Below, in pieces: positions 1-13,176 of a stretch of DNA of 64,000 nucleotides (position 1 is the first letter of the stretch; each line of letters begins with the position of its first letter). The position numbers were made by a program, and so were the translations under genes. This DNA is from Eledone cirrhosa (lineage: Eukaryota). The notes under the pieces are model-generated. The model was given only the letters and a program-made list of their open reading frames with translations, did no database searches and was not told the origin of the DNA. The stretch spans positions 15,562,001 to 15,626,000 of the forward strand of contig OZ024746.1 in NCBI GenBank assembly GCA_964016885.1, in the 5' to 3' direction.

Positions 1-491
1 TTCTTCTTCTTCTTCTTCTTCTTCTTCTCCCACCTCCTCATTCCCTTGTCCCGTCTCACTTCGCCGTCATAGCCTTCTTCTGTAAGACAAACCGTTGCAT
101 GTCTTATGTTTCATCACAATTACACCCTCACCTCCCACCCGCAGTCCCTCCTCCACTCCACAATTACACTCTCACCTACCCCCGCACCCGCACTCAACAA
201 TCATACCCTCACCCCTCCACTCAACAATTACACCCTTTACTCCCACCCCTCCACTCTACAATTATATCCTCTACTCAACAATTTTTCTGAGTAAACCACA
301 AATTAATAAAAGCAACAGATAAAAGAAATGAAAAGACACAAAGCACTTCACCTTCGTCTTTTCATCACACATCCACCTAAATATACCATATATATATATA
401 TTATATATATATAGAGTGATATATATATATATATATGCGTGTGTGTGTGTCTCGAGAGGGATGTGTGTGTATATATATAGGTGTGTATGTG

Positions 492-541
<50 letters not shown>

Positions 542-1047
542 AGAGGGTGCATTTTGTGATACAAAAACAGAAAAGTGCGCAATATTGAAAGTGTGTAGAG
601 TCTTATATATGTTAATTTATGTGAGATGGTGATGGATTATTCACCCGAACTGCGGGTAAATAATCCATGTTTATCTCACATAAATTAACATATATAATCC
701 ACAAAAACTTACCGTAAACGTATCTGTTAGCATGGTAGAAAAGGGAAGAAAAAGAATGGCTTCTATACGATATAAGCAGTGTAAGGATGTCTGTCCTACA
801 CCAGAAAATTCTTCATCGAACTGTCAAGTAGCCTTTAAAAATGTCCCCGTCTTCAACGATCCAAAGGTTTCTCTGTGTTTCTTTCAACGATGTCCCCTTC
901 TACAATGATCCAAAGTTTACCTTCTACAATCATCCTAATTTCCTTTCAAAGATTTCCCCTTTCTGCAATGATTCCCTGTTTCCCTCAGTTCTCTTCAAGG
1001 ATTTCCCTTCCCTTCTACAATGATCCAAAATTCCCACAAGTTCCCTT

Positions 1048-1400
1048 AAAAGATTTCCTCGTCTATGCTGATCCAAAGTTTTCCCTAAGTTTACCTCAAA
1101 GATTTCCTCGTCTATGCTGATCCAAAGTTTTCCCTAAGTTTACCTCAAAGATTTCCTCGTCTATGCTGATCCAAAGTTTTCCCTAAGTTTACCTCAAAGA
1201 TTTCCTCGTCTATGCTGATCCAAAGTTTTCCCTAAGTTTACCTCAAAGATTTCCTCGTCTATGCTGATCCAAAGTTTTCCCTAAGTTTACCTCAAAGATT
1301 TCCTCGTCTATGCTGATCCAAAGTTTTCCCTAAGTTTACCTCAAAGATTTCCTCGTCTATGCTGATCCAAAGTTTTCCTTAAGTTTACCTCAAATATTTC
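1048..1400. repeat. 49-bp minisatellite, ~7 copies
   Basis: Unit AAAGATTTCCTCGTCTATGCTGATCCAAAGTTTTCCCTAAGTTTACCTC. Degenerate units flank it (845-1540). Confidence 0.95.
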
Positions 1401-2213
1401 CCCTTCTACAATGATTCCAAGTTTCCCCGTGTTCACCTTATAATGATCCCTAGTTTTCCCTTAAAATATTTCCCCTTATGCAAATATCCCAACATTCTTC
1501 ATACTCCCCCACAAAGACCCAATCATCCCAAGTTTCCCTGTGCTGCCCCATCATACTTGATTCTGAGTGACGGTTGTAGTCGGATAATTAAACTCGTTTA
1601 ATTCTCGTGTTTAATGATGAGTTCAGAAATGTGACAAAATTTTAAAAAAACATTTACACTAAAATTCCTGAAGAAAATCAGTAATAAATAGTTAAATATT
1701 TAAGTATATCGATTATTTTGAATTCAATCATTTGACATAATCTCTGCAATATTGTTCTTCAAGCAGATACAAATAAATATGTGTTATGTTTATTATTTGA
1801 ACAAATAATAAATCTTGCCGAGGTAAACGTTGCCTTTCGTCGTTCCGGGGTCGATAAAGTACCAGTTACATACTAGGTTCAATATAATCGACTTTTCCCC
1901 ACCCCACAAATTGCAGGTCTTGAGCATAGACTAGAAATCCTTAATCTAATTTGTAACAACAACCAGGCATATCATAACTTATGTTTTTACCATGTTTTCA
2001 TTACACTTTGATTTAATAATACAATGTGTTTATATATTTAAAATATCTCCCTCTTAATTCAGTTAATATAAAGTAATTTATATAATGAGAAATCCAGGAA
2101 TTTTATTGATAATCCAGGCCATACAACACAATGAAATATATCAATTTCTTGGTTCAAATATTACCAAAACAGTAAACGAATGAAAAGACATACACATAAG
2201 AATTGTGATAATG

Positions 2214-2266
<53 letters not shown>

Positions 2267-2363
2267 GTGTATATATATGTGTATATATATATTTATATAT
2301 ATATATGTATGTATATATATATGTGTGTATATATATATATGTGTATTTATATATATATATGTG

Positions 2364-2416
<53 letters not shown>

Positions 2417-2440
2417 CACACACACACACAGATAGATATA

Positions 2441-2589
2441 GAGGTAGAACACTGGAAGGTAATATCCGTAGTGGTAGAGCACTCAGTTCATGGGACGAGT
2501 TAGGTAGAACTAGTAACACATTACCAGTCCGAGCTGAAGATCCGCATAAGGTGAAACAATTGTTCTCGATATGGTGAACTAACTGTTGT

Positions 2590-2593
<4 letters not shown>
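2441..2593. mobile_element. Family A element, internally inverted copy
   Basis: 2441-2520 is the reverse complement of the 3' part of the 12180-12320 copy, and 2521-2593 is its forward 5' part. Confidence 0.8.
2530..2568 (+). ncRNA. Minimal hammerhead ribozyme, family A
   Basis: CGAG-CTGAAGA-TCCGCATAAGGT-GAAA-CAATTG-TT-CTCG. Confidence 0.7.
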
Positions 2594-2630
<37 letters not shown>

Positions 2631-2633
<3 letters not shown>

Positions 2634-3472
2634 AAATAACGAAACGAAATTAAATTTCGTTTCGTTTGTAACTCACTTTTGTATGACTGACGCTTAAACA
2701 ATTAAGTTAAAAATGTACATCCACATATGTATACTGAAATACTAGTATGCATATGAATACACACACGTGTACATATGTAGATGTACCGAGTTTTTCACTG
2801 GTCACTTTACTGTGAGTGTCCAGCTATTCTGTATGTAAACACACAGACAAACCGGTTTTTAGAGTCATACTGGTTTTTGAGGAAACACCGAGGACACTCA
2901 CAGTAAAGTGACCAGTGAAAAACTCGGTACATCTACATATGTACACGTGTGTGTATTCATATGCATACTAGTATTTCAGTATACATATGTGGATGTACAT
3001 TTTTAACTTAATTGTTTAAGTGTCAGTCATACAAAAGGGAGTTACAAACGAAACGAAATTTAATTTCGTTTCGTTATTTGTTTTTATCGTCTCCGTTGAA
3101 CCGGTACGTACTCACGCTCTATGCAAATTAGTCTGCCCACTACTAATTTTCATAGAAAAAGCATATAACGATATGTGCTTTTACGATTCTCCAGAAAGGC
3201 CGGAAGATAGGTAAATATTGCTGATAGATGTAACAACATCGAAACTAGTCCAATATTCCTTGTCTGGCTTTCTGAAGAATAGAGGAAAGGTGTTTCCTCA
3301 AAAACCAGTATGACTCTAAAAACCGGTTTGTCTGTGTGTTTACATACAGAATAGCTGGACACTCACAGTAAAGTGACCAGTGAAAAACTCGGTACATCTA
3401 CATATGTACACGTGTGTGTATTCATATGCATACTAGTATTTCAGTATACATATGTGGATGTACATTTTTAAC

Positions 3473-3479
<7 letters not shown>
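2631..3479 (+). mobile_element. HHR-bearing element: 465-bp circularly permuted unit plus inverted partial copy
   Basis: GGACACTCACAG... occurs at 2892 and 3357 as a direct repeat. 2631-2889 is an inverted copy spanning the unit junction. (TA)n lies on both sides. Confidence 0.85.
3214..3257 (+). ncRNA. Hammerhead ribozyme with a one-nt core defect
   Basis: AATATTG-CTGATA-GATG TAACAA CATC-GAAA-CTAG-TC-CAATATT. It has a 7-bp stem I and a GUC site. Confidence 0.75.
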
Positions 3480-3530
<51 letters not shown>

Positions 3531-3835
3531 CTGGAACTTATATATATATATATATAAGTTCCAGACAAATCAAAAATTATAGGTAAAAAGTAAAAGTGAA
3601 AAAGCACAGGAGTATATTTAAAGATTTTTTTTCTTTAGTCCGACATTAAATTGATTTAAATCTTGTCTAATATCCATTTTATGTAGCAATTAAATAATCT
3701 TTAAATATATAGCCTTGAGTCTTTTCACTTACTTGCTACCTATAATTTTTGATTTGTATGGGACTTTACCTCATTTTTCGACTAAGTATACCCATTGGTA
3801 AACAGCCTAACATCTTATGATGCAACACTATATTA

Positions 3836-4030
3836 TGGTGGATTGGCAGAATCGGTAGAGGGTCGGACGCTATGCTTTGACGCATAGAGTTACGGCCCTT
3901 GCCATTCTGAGTTCGAATCCCGCCGAGGTTAACTTTGCCTTTCATCCTTACGGAGTCGATAAAATAAAGTACCAGTAATGCACTGAGATATTGCTGGCCT
4001 TGTGCCAAAAAGTAGAAACAATTATATTAT
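3836..4030 (+). mobile_element. tRNA-headed SINE (main family)
   Basis: A box TGGCAGAATCGG, B box GTTCGAATCC, central CCTTTCATCC..GTCGATAAAATAAAGTACCAG domain (Deu/Nin-like, from recall), (ATT)n tail. Confidence 0.85.
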
Positions 4031-4272
4031 AATTTAGTGGAACTTCTAATTCTAAAACAATCTTTACTAGTTATCTTTACTAATGGAGAGATTGTTGTGA
4101 ACATTTGCAGTGTTAGAATAAAGACTAGTTTTTAATGTAATGGTGTCACAGTGTTGTTTTGTAGTTTTCAAGTACAATGTAGTTTGTTAATTCAGATGTT
4201 CATAATATCTTTAATGGTGAAGTGGTTTTTAATGTAAAATATTTAATGTAATTCAGTTGTTTTGTAGTTTTC

Positions 4273-4690
4273 AAGAATATCTAGATAATTGTTTCTACTT
4301 TTGGCACAAGGCCATCAATTACCCAGTACATTACTGGTACTTTATTTTATCGACCCCGTAAGGATGAAAGGCAAAGTTAACCTCGACTGGATTTGAACTC
4401 AGATCGTAAAGGGACGTAACTATGCTGGAAAGCATAGCGTCCGACTCTCTACCGATACTGCCAATCCACCAAGAATATCTAGATAATTGTTTCTACTTTT
4501 GGCACAAGGCCAGCAATTGCCCAGTGTATTACTGGTACTTTATTTTATCGACCCCGTAAGGATGAAAGGCAAAGTTAACCTAGGCTGGATTTGAACTCAG
4601 AATGGGAATGGCCGTAACTCTATGCGTCAAAGCATGGCGTCCGACCCTCTACCGATACTGCCAATTCACCGCCAAGAATATCTAGATAAT
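4273..4690 (-). mobile_element. Two tandem SINEs with a triplicated 17-bp target
   Basis: AAGAATATCTAGATAAT occurs at 4273, 4471 and 4674 and brackets two SINE variants. Confidence 0.9.
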
Positions 4691-5210
4691 GAGGCTTTAT
4701 GTGGTTTGTTAATTTAAATATTTATAGTACAAGTGGACAGATCTTTTAGAAAATTTGCAATATTTGAGTCAAAACTAATTTTCAATGTGGTGGTGTCATA
4801 GTGTTTTCGACTTTTCACAAATGTATTGCTAATGTGGTTTCATGTGCAGGACGTCAATTGTTAACAAATAGATTGCTTGACCTTTAACCCCACAAAACCA
4901 TATCTTCCAACTCCTCCTCCACCATCTCTCTAACCATTTCTGTGACTTGTCAGCCAGCTTGACCTATCAGACGTAGTTATGACAATGCTAGGGTTATTCG
5001 GTACAAGTTATCTTTACTGTATGTATGTGTAAAAGTGAATGTGTGTGTCCGTGTTCGTTTGAGTAGCTGTGTGTATGAGTGTATAAGCGTTCAATATACA
5101 TATATATATACACATGTATTTTATATGTATGGATTTAGCCTAATGAATGGATGTATGTGTGTATATATATATATATATATACACACACACATTCATTAGG
5201 TTAAATATGT

Positions 5211-5259
<49 letters not shown>

Positions 5260-5387
5260 CACACACACACACACACATAAACACACACACACATATATAT
5301 ATATATATATGTGCGTGTGTGTAAAAGCGTTGTGTGTCTATATATATATATGTGTGTGTGTCTAAATGCGTTGTCTTTAAACGTGTG

Positions 5388-5422
<35 letters not shown>

Positions 5423-5452
5423 CCACACATTCATTAGGTTAAATATGTTTCT

Positions 5453-5485
<33 letters not shown>

Positions 5486-5488
5486 CAA

Positions 5489-5520
<32 letters not shown>

Positions 5521-5691
5521 ACATATATATATATATGTGTGTGTGCGTGTGTGTAAAAGCGTTGTGTGTCTATATATATATATATATGTGTGTGTGTCTA
5601 AATGCGTTGTCTTTAAACGTGTGTGTATATATATGATCTGGCTATCTCATAACTGTTAACATCTGGTGTTGTTGGTGTGTAGTATATAATA

Positions 5692-5881
5692 AATAATTGT
5701 TTCTACTTTAGGCACAAGGCCAGCAAATACCCAGTGCATTACTGGTACTTTATTTTATCGACCCCGTAAGGATGAAAGGCAAAGTCAACCTCGGCGGGAT
5801 TTGAACTCAGATCGTAAAGGGACGTAACTATGCTGGAAAGCATGGCGTCCGACCCTCTACTGATACTGCCAATCCACCGCC
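5692..5881 (-). mobile_element. SINE (main family)
   Basis: Reverse complement of 3836-4030. Confidence 0.85.
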
Positions 5882-5889
5882 CTAATATA

Positions 5890-6950
5890 TGATGGTATGG
5901 CAGTGGTGTGTAGTATATAATATATAGTGGTATTGTGATGGTATGGCAGTGGTGTGTTGTTGTGTAGTATATAATATATAGTGGTATTGTGATGGTATGG
6001 CAGTGGTGTGTAGTATATAATATATAGTGGTATTGTGATGGTATGGCAGTGGTGTGTTGTTGTGTAGTATATAATATATAGTGGTATTGTGATGGTATGG
6101 CAGTGGTGTGTTGTTGTGTTGTATATAGTGGTATTGTGATGGTATGGCAGTGGTGTGTTGTTGTGTTGTATATAATATATAGTGGTATTGTGATGGTATG
6201 GCAGTGGTGTGTTGTTGTGTTGTATATAATATATAGTGGTATTGTGATGGTATGGCAGTGGTGTGTTGTTGTGTAGTATATAATATATAGTGGTATTGTG
6301 ATGGTATGGCAGTGGTGTGTTGTTGTGTAGTATATAATATATAGTGGTATTGTGATGGTATGGCAGTGGTGTGTTGTTGTGTAGTATATAATATATAGTG
6401 GTATTGTGATGGTATGGCAGTGGTGTGTAGTATATAATATATAGTGGTATTGTGATGGTATGGCAGTGGTGTGTTGTTGTGTAGTATATAATATATAGTG
6501 GTATTGTGATGGTATGGCAGTGGTGTGTAGTATATAATATATAGTGGTATTGTGATGGTATGGCAGTGGTGTGTAGTATATAATATATAGTGGTATTGTG
6601 ATGGTATGGCAGTGGTGTGTTGTTGTGTAGTATATAATATATAGTGGTATTGTGATGGTATGGCAGTGGTGTGTAGTATATAATATATAGTGGTATTGTG
6701 ATGGTATGGCAGTGGTGTGTAGTATATAATATATAGTGGTATTGTGATGGTATGGCAGTGGTGTGTAGTATATAATATATAGTGGTATTGTGATGGTATG
6801 GCAGTGGTGTGTAGTATATAATATATAGTGGTATTGTGATGGTATGGCAGTGGTGTGTAGTATATAATATATAGTGGTATTGTGATGGTATGGCAGTGGT
6901 GTGTAGTATATAATATATAGTGGTATTGTGATGGTATGGCAGTGGTGTGT
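5890..6950. repeat. 46/54-bp minisatellite
   Basis: Unit TAGTATATAATATATAGTGGTATTGTGATGGTATGGCAGTGGTGTG(TTGTTGTG). Confidence 0.95.
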
Positions 6951-7399
6951 TGGTGTTGATAATAGAACGGTGTGCTTATACTGACACTGCTAATGATAAT
7001 ACAACCGTGGAGTGGAAGACGTTTTATTTAGTTTGTAGTAGTAGTAATAGTAGTAGTAGTGGTGGTAGTGGAAGTAGTAGTAGTGGTGGTGGTGGTGGTG
7101 GTGGTGGTAGTAGTAGTAATAGTAGTAGTAGTGGTGGTGGTAGTCGTATTAGTAGTAGTAGTGGTGGTAGTAGTAATAGTGATGATGGTGGTGGTGGTAA
7201 TAGGGGTGGTGGTGGTGGCGATGATGGTGATAAAAGGGAAGAGGTTGAAGTGATAACCTTTATCCGCCCTACAAGACTGGTAGGGCCTGTGTTCTTGACG
7301 CCTAGAACTCCTGTCGGTGTCCGCAGGCGGTGAAACTGCCCCAGTTCACACTTTAAATATGACACAGTAGAGATGATAAACAACAGTAACACCTACAAT

Positions 7400-7927
7400 A
7401 ATAATAATAATTGTTTCTACTTTTAGCACAAGGCCAGCAATTACTCGGTGCATTACTGGTTGGTACTTTATTTTATCGACCCCGTAAGGATGAAAGGCAA
7501 AGTCAACCTCGGTGGGATTTAAACTCAGAACGTAAAGGGCCATAACTCTATGCTGCAAAGCATGGTGTCTGACGCTCTACCGATACTGCCAATCCATATA
7601 ATTGTTTCTACTTTAGGCACAAGGCCAGCAATTACCCAGTACATTACTGGTACTTTATTTTATTGACCCTGTAAGGATGAAAGGCAAAGTTAACCTCGGC
7701 GGGATTTGAACTCAGACTGTAAAGGGACGTAACTATGCTAGAAAGCATGGCGTTCGACCCTCTACCGATACTGCCAATCCACCACCCTTTTAATCCACTG
7801 CCAATCCATATAATAATTATTGTTTCTACTTTAGGCACAAGGCCAGCAAATACCCAGTACATTACTGGTACTTTATTTTATCGACCCCGTAAGGATGAAA
7901 GCAAAGTTAACCTCGGCGAGATTTGAA
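7400..7927 (-). mobile_element. Cluster of three SINEs (last one truncated)
   Basis: Three TTGTTTCTACTTT starts at about 7410, 7602 and 7820. Confidence 0.85.
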
Positions 7928-8115
7928 GTAGCTTCCACCATATGGCTCGATGACGTGCTATAAATAGTAGTTAAATCTCTCAGATTACTCAAAGAAAGTG
8001 AAGGTTACGTGTGATACTGGAGTCTAAGATAGATTATGCCTAAGAAATAGACAGGGTGGTCATGGTTGGAATATCTAATTGTCGATCTGTTTATTCAATC
8101 AAGGGTTGACCTAGG

Positions 8116-8159
<44 letters not shown>

Positions 8160-8207
8160 TAATTCAAAATATTAACAAATATAGACATTCGTGTGATCAA
8201 GTAAATG

Positions 8208-8266
8208 TTATTATACATATTTCAGAGGTACTGAGCTATCTTCAACAGTACGTCCTCATCAGATAA
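8208..8266 (-). ncRNA. Hammerhead ribozyme in the loop of an inverted repeat
   Basis: Reverse complement: TTAT-CTGATGA-GGAC GTACTG..CAGTAC CTCT-GAAA-TATGTA-TA-ATAA. Confidence 0.7.
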
Positions 8267-8529
8267 AATAAGATGATGCCTGACATACCTTGACTATGTT
8301 GATGGTTAAAATTCAGTCATGGCAGTAGTAAAATATACTTGATCACAGGAATGTCTATATTTGTTAATATTTTTAATTAATATTAATAACTCCGGAAAAC
8401 CATTCTTGTGGAGTGCTTCTAATCTATTGTAAAACTTTATTCATTGATTTATTCATTGAACCTTGTTTAACCTTTATTTAAAGGTTAAACAAGGTTCAAT
8501 GAATAAATCAATGAATAAAGTATATATAT

Positions 8530-8724
8530 AACGAAGGAAGTGTGGTAAGGAACCAGGTGGACCATAACGCACCAGAGTACTCAATACTTTGGGTAGTAGA
8601 GTGGGTAATAGGAAAATGTTCAAGACCCCGACGGCAGAGCTCAAGCCGTTTCGACGTTCTGGACTCCAGAAATAGCCGTCGAAACGGCTTGAGCTCAGCC
8701 GTCGGGGTCTTGAACATTTTCCTA
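8530..8724 (-). mobile_element. Family C fold-back element in (TA)n
   Basis: Inverted arms 8607-8656 and 8677-8725. Related pieces occur at 16973-17082, 26072-26158 and 32436-32590. Confidence 0.8.
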
Positions 8725-8759
8725 TATATAGATATATAGATAATAATATATATATAGAT

Positions 8760-8831
<72 letters not shown>

Positions 8832-9665
8832 ATAAACGTATTTCTTAATTTTGTTTTTATCCTTTTTTAATATTTTCATCATTGTATAATTTTTGTTTAA
8901 GAAATTTTTTTTTTTTTTTATCTCGGAAAAAAAATATGTATACATGTGTGTGTGTGTGTGTGTATGTATGTGTATGTTTGCTGTGTGTGTATGCGTGTGT
9001 GTGTATGCGTGTCTATGTGTGTGTGTGTGTTTGCGTGTGTGTATTTGTGTGTGCGCGCAGACACACACGCGCGCGCGCGGACATTTATGATGTTTTTGAA
9101 ATCTAGTTAAAAACAGGAAATGAAAGCCTTTTTTCCCCATTGCACATGTTGGAGGGTCAGTTAGGGTGCGGACAATATTCTTCGATACAATAAGGTAGGG
9201 AACCAGTCTCTCACGGCTGCTGACCAGTAAATGAGAAAAATAGACAGGAAACAGTCATTGGACTAAAGTCATGAGACATTCCGTTTCAACCTTGAAATAG
9301 AAAGAAATGGGACGGGTTCGAGTTGTGTATATTTGTTTGTTTGTGTGTATATTTGTTCATATCTTTAAACAAAAAAGGAAAGAAGAAAGGAAAGAAAGAA
9401 GAGCAGGAAAAAAAAAGTTTAAAAAAAGTAAGGAAAAGTATTTAAATGCAAAGCAAAGTATCAAATGATCCTGTTAGTGGGTGGTAAGCTAATGACTTTT
9501 ACAGAAATTTCCAGACACTTAGCCATCATAAATTCCTGTTTGGCAAGTCTCCATGCCAAACTGACCACTCCTGTGTAGTGAAGATGACAACGACGACATG
9601 AAAGTTGTGAATAGTAAATAGTCAACCGAATGGGAACATGGCTGCCCACGTTGTAATTGGACACC

Positions 9666-9798
<133 letters not shown>

Positions 9799-9852
9799 CA
9801 TACATCCACATATACATATAGACACACATCCTATATATATATATATATATAT

Positions 9853-9999
9853 ATAGAAGAGCTTCTACAGGACTAGAACTGTTTCATTCGTGAGAAATCA
9901 TCAGTCCTGTAGAAGCTCTTCTATATTAAAACTTTTATACTCTGCTATGTATTGAGTACCTTACTTACTGTGGTTACCTCCGATTCAACCAGAAATAAC
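9853..9999 (+). mobile_element. Family D fold-back element
   Basis: AGAAGAGCTTCTACAGGACT arms enclose (reverse complement) CTGATGA..GAAA. Homologous to 23765-23960. Confidence 0.8.
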
Positions 10000-10017
10000 T
10001 TATATATATATAAGTAT

Positions 10018-10048
<31 letters not shown>

Positions 10049-10187
10049 CGTATATGGAGTGGATGTGTGTAGATATGTCTGTGAATATATATGTGTGTGT
10101 GTATATATATGTATGTGAATATATGTATATATATATATGCATATATATATATATATATTCATTTTAATCAAGGCTAAATAACGAATT

Positions 10188-10233
10188 TTGTTACTCTGGA
10201 GCTTCTCTTGTTTATCACAGGGTCGTCAGACAA
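10188..10233 (-). ncRNA. Degenerate hammerhead ribozyme
   Basis: Reverse complement: TTGT-CTGACGA-CCCTG TGATAAA CAAGA-GAAG-CTC CA GAG-TA-ACAA, lying between (TA)n tracts. Confidence 0.55.
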
Positions 10234-10241
10234 GAACTAAC

Positions 10242-10301
<60 letters not shown>

Positions 10302-11015
10302 CTGACTTATTTTAGTCAGTCTAATTTAAATCCGCCTAAATCGAGATTATGGGTTATGGTTAATATGTTTATATATATCTATTGAATTAGGATGCTCAAG
10401 CACAGAAAAATAACTGCAATTGCAGCCAGAAAATATAAAATAACTTATAAAGATCAGGTAAAAAAAACCCTTAGAGTCGGAAAAAGATGTTGCCAGAGCC
10501 ACTTCGAAGATTCAAGATACATTGTATTCTTGGTCCAGCAGATACATTGTTTTCTTGGTCCAGAAGATAGCAGCAGCAATGTAAGGACCAGCGGAAACGT
10601 TGTTTCCTTGGTCCGATTTGACGATCAGCTCCTTTCCCTTTTTTTAAGCCACAGCAATAACAAAAATAAAACGTTTTCTATTTACCATTATATTGCTATT
10701 TTCTACCAAGATGGCGGTTGCCATCACAGAATATTCACTGCCTCAGATATGAGGTTCATGGCTGTAGCTATGTTATACACGAGTTCACCGAATCTATCCG
10801 AAAGCTAAGAACATAAAGAGCTGGAACAAATCCTAACAATTCTGCCAATCTGCAGCCATTGTCTAGTACTTTATTTTATCCAGTTGACTTCGGCAGGATT
10901 TGAAATCAAACCGTAAAGAGCCGGAACAAATTCAACGAGGCAGTTTATCCGGTGCTCTACCGGATAAACTACCACAACACCGCCATAACTGTAGTAGTAG
11001 TAGTAGTAGTAGTAA

Positions 11016-11077
<62 letters not shown>

Positions 11078-11209
11078 ATTGTGTATCCAGGAAAAAGTCA
11101 CAAGAAACAATAAACTAAGGGAAAGAAGTCACATGAAAAGCTACATAAACGACCGAGTTGATGTATTTTTTCCTTCATTATCTTATTTCAGATAATGAAT
11201 AAAACATAT

Positions 11210-11545
11210 CCTTCCCACACTTGTAACACTATTGTGTAAATGTTGTTGTTATTGCACATTAGCCATGTATTATTGGTTAATAAATGACCTTAAAATATGA
11301 TTTAACTTCAATTTATGATATATATTTCCCACACTTGTAATATCATTGTATGAACTGTTGTTATTATGTATTATTGGCTCTGTATTAGTTAATAAATGAC
11401 CTTAAAATATGATTTAACTTCTATTTATGATGTATATATTTCCCACACTTGTAATACAATTGTATGGACTATGTTATCATTATGTATTAGTAGCTTTTAT
11501 GAGTTAATAAAATAACCTTAAAATAGGACTTAACTCCTATTTAAG
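11210..11545. repeat. Degenerate ~114-bp triplication
   Basis: TTCCCACACTTGTAA occurs at about 11212, 11326 and 11440. Confidence 0.8.
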
Positions 11546-12012
11546 ACACGTTATACATTATTGCAATAACAACCTGGCTTGAATTTTGCTCAATCCATGA
11601 TTCCCTTCAATGCAGGGAATCAGCAGAGTTGTTAGAACGTCGGGTAGAATGTTTTGCGATATTTGTTTCGGCTTTCTCCTCTCGGAATTTAAACCCGGCC
11701 AAGGTCAACTTTGTCTTTCATCCATTCAAATTCGATAAAAAAAAATACCAGTCAGTACTGGGGTCGATTCTTCCTCTATATCTCTTTCTCCCTTCTTTTC
11801 TCCCACTCTCTATATTCAGACCTGAAGAGGTATGGGCTCCACCAGATTTAGACAATGTCAGTACGGTTCCCCTACGACTCTCTCAGAAGTTACAGGACCA
11901 TGCATTATAATTTGCCATTTTTACCTGAGTCTTTCTTCTTAGACTCATTTCCTGTGGCTTTCCATTCACTGCTATTACAGTTTTTAAAATAATTTGAACA
12001 CACACACACACG

Positions 12013-12098
<86 letters not shown>

Positions 12099-12108
12099 TA
12101 TATATATC

Positions 12109-12320
12109 GAAGTAGTAACACAACAGTTAGTTCACCATCCCGGGAACAATTGTTTCACCTTATGCGGATCTTCAGCTCGAGCTGAAGATCCGCATAAGGT
12201 GAAACAATTGTTCTCGGTATGGTGAACTAACTGTTGTGTTACTACTTCTACCAAACTCGTCCCTTAGACTGAGTGTTCTACCACTACGAATATTACCTTC
12301 CAGTGTTCTACCTCTCTCTA
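12109..12320 (+). mobile_element. Family A fold-back element in (TA)n
   Basis: Near-perfect ~68-bp arms centred at 12178/12179 (CAGCTC|GAGCTG), with head-to-head HHRs. Confidence 0.85.
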
Positions 12321-12323
12321 TTT

Positions 12324-12371
<48 letters not shown>

Positions 12372-12965
12372 TCAGCGAGAATCGTATTTCGGCTGGTAGA
12401 AAAAGCGAAACGAAACGCAAAATCGTAGAAATGCTGGCAAACGTTCAATAGTTAAAAAAACTAGAGCTAAACAATAAGTTAAAACGCCATACAAACTGAA
12501 AAAGTGGTTAAGAAGGCATTAACCACCTAAACCAAAAAACAAATCAAGCTAAACAGGTCAAACAAAATAAATGATAAAAACCGACCTGGACCCAAATGGA
12601 ATTTGTGGTAAAATCCAAATGTTGGGTTTCTATGACACCTAAATCAATAATACTGTCTGCTTAAAACTATAAGCTTTCAGCATGAAAATCGAACAAGGAA
12701 TATCACGTTATCAACAGGTAATTTTGCTCTGTAACCAATTTTGCGAGTGACGCAGATGCGTAAGTCACATATATATATAGTAAACAATTGATGATTGGGG
12801 AAATAGGAGCGAATAATCTCCCAAAATCGAATTCAACTCTGACCAATAAAACCACACGAAACTTCAGTGCTTTTGAAGACGTATACCTAATTACCATGTT
12901 TTAATAAGTAAGGAGAATATTTTAAATATGAACGTTGCAGGGCAAATAACTACAATAATAGTTAA

Positions 12966-13096
<131 letters not shown>

Positions 13097-13176
13097 TCAC
13101 ATGTTCATATTCATAAAACTATACATGAATACCTATATGTTTGCGCAGATAACTGTGAGTATATATATATATATGG

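Noticed and set aside
712-832. Minus-strand exon-like segment (AG...ACG|GTAAGT)
   Set aside because: All three frames contain stops, so at most it is non-coding, and nothing else supports it.
5147-5636. ~245-bp direct duplication
   Set aside because: It is an ordinary local tandem duplication of microsatellite-rich DNA.
11820-11900. CTGAAGA-GG HHR-like start
   Set aside because: No correctly placed GAAA/UH or stem I partner could be found.
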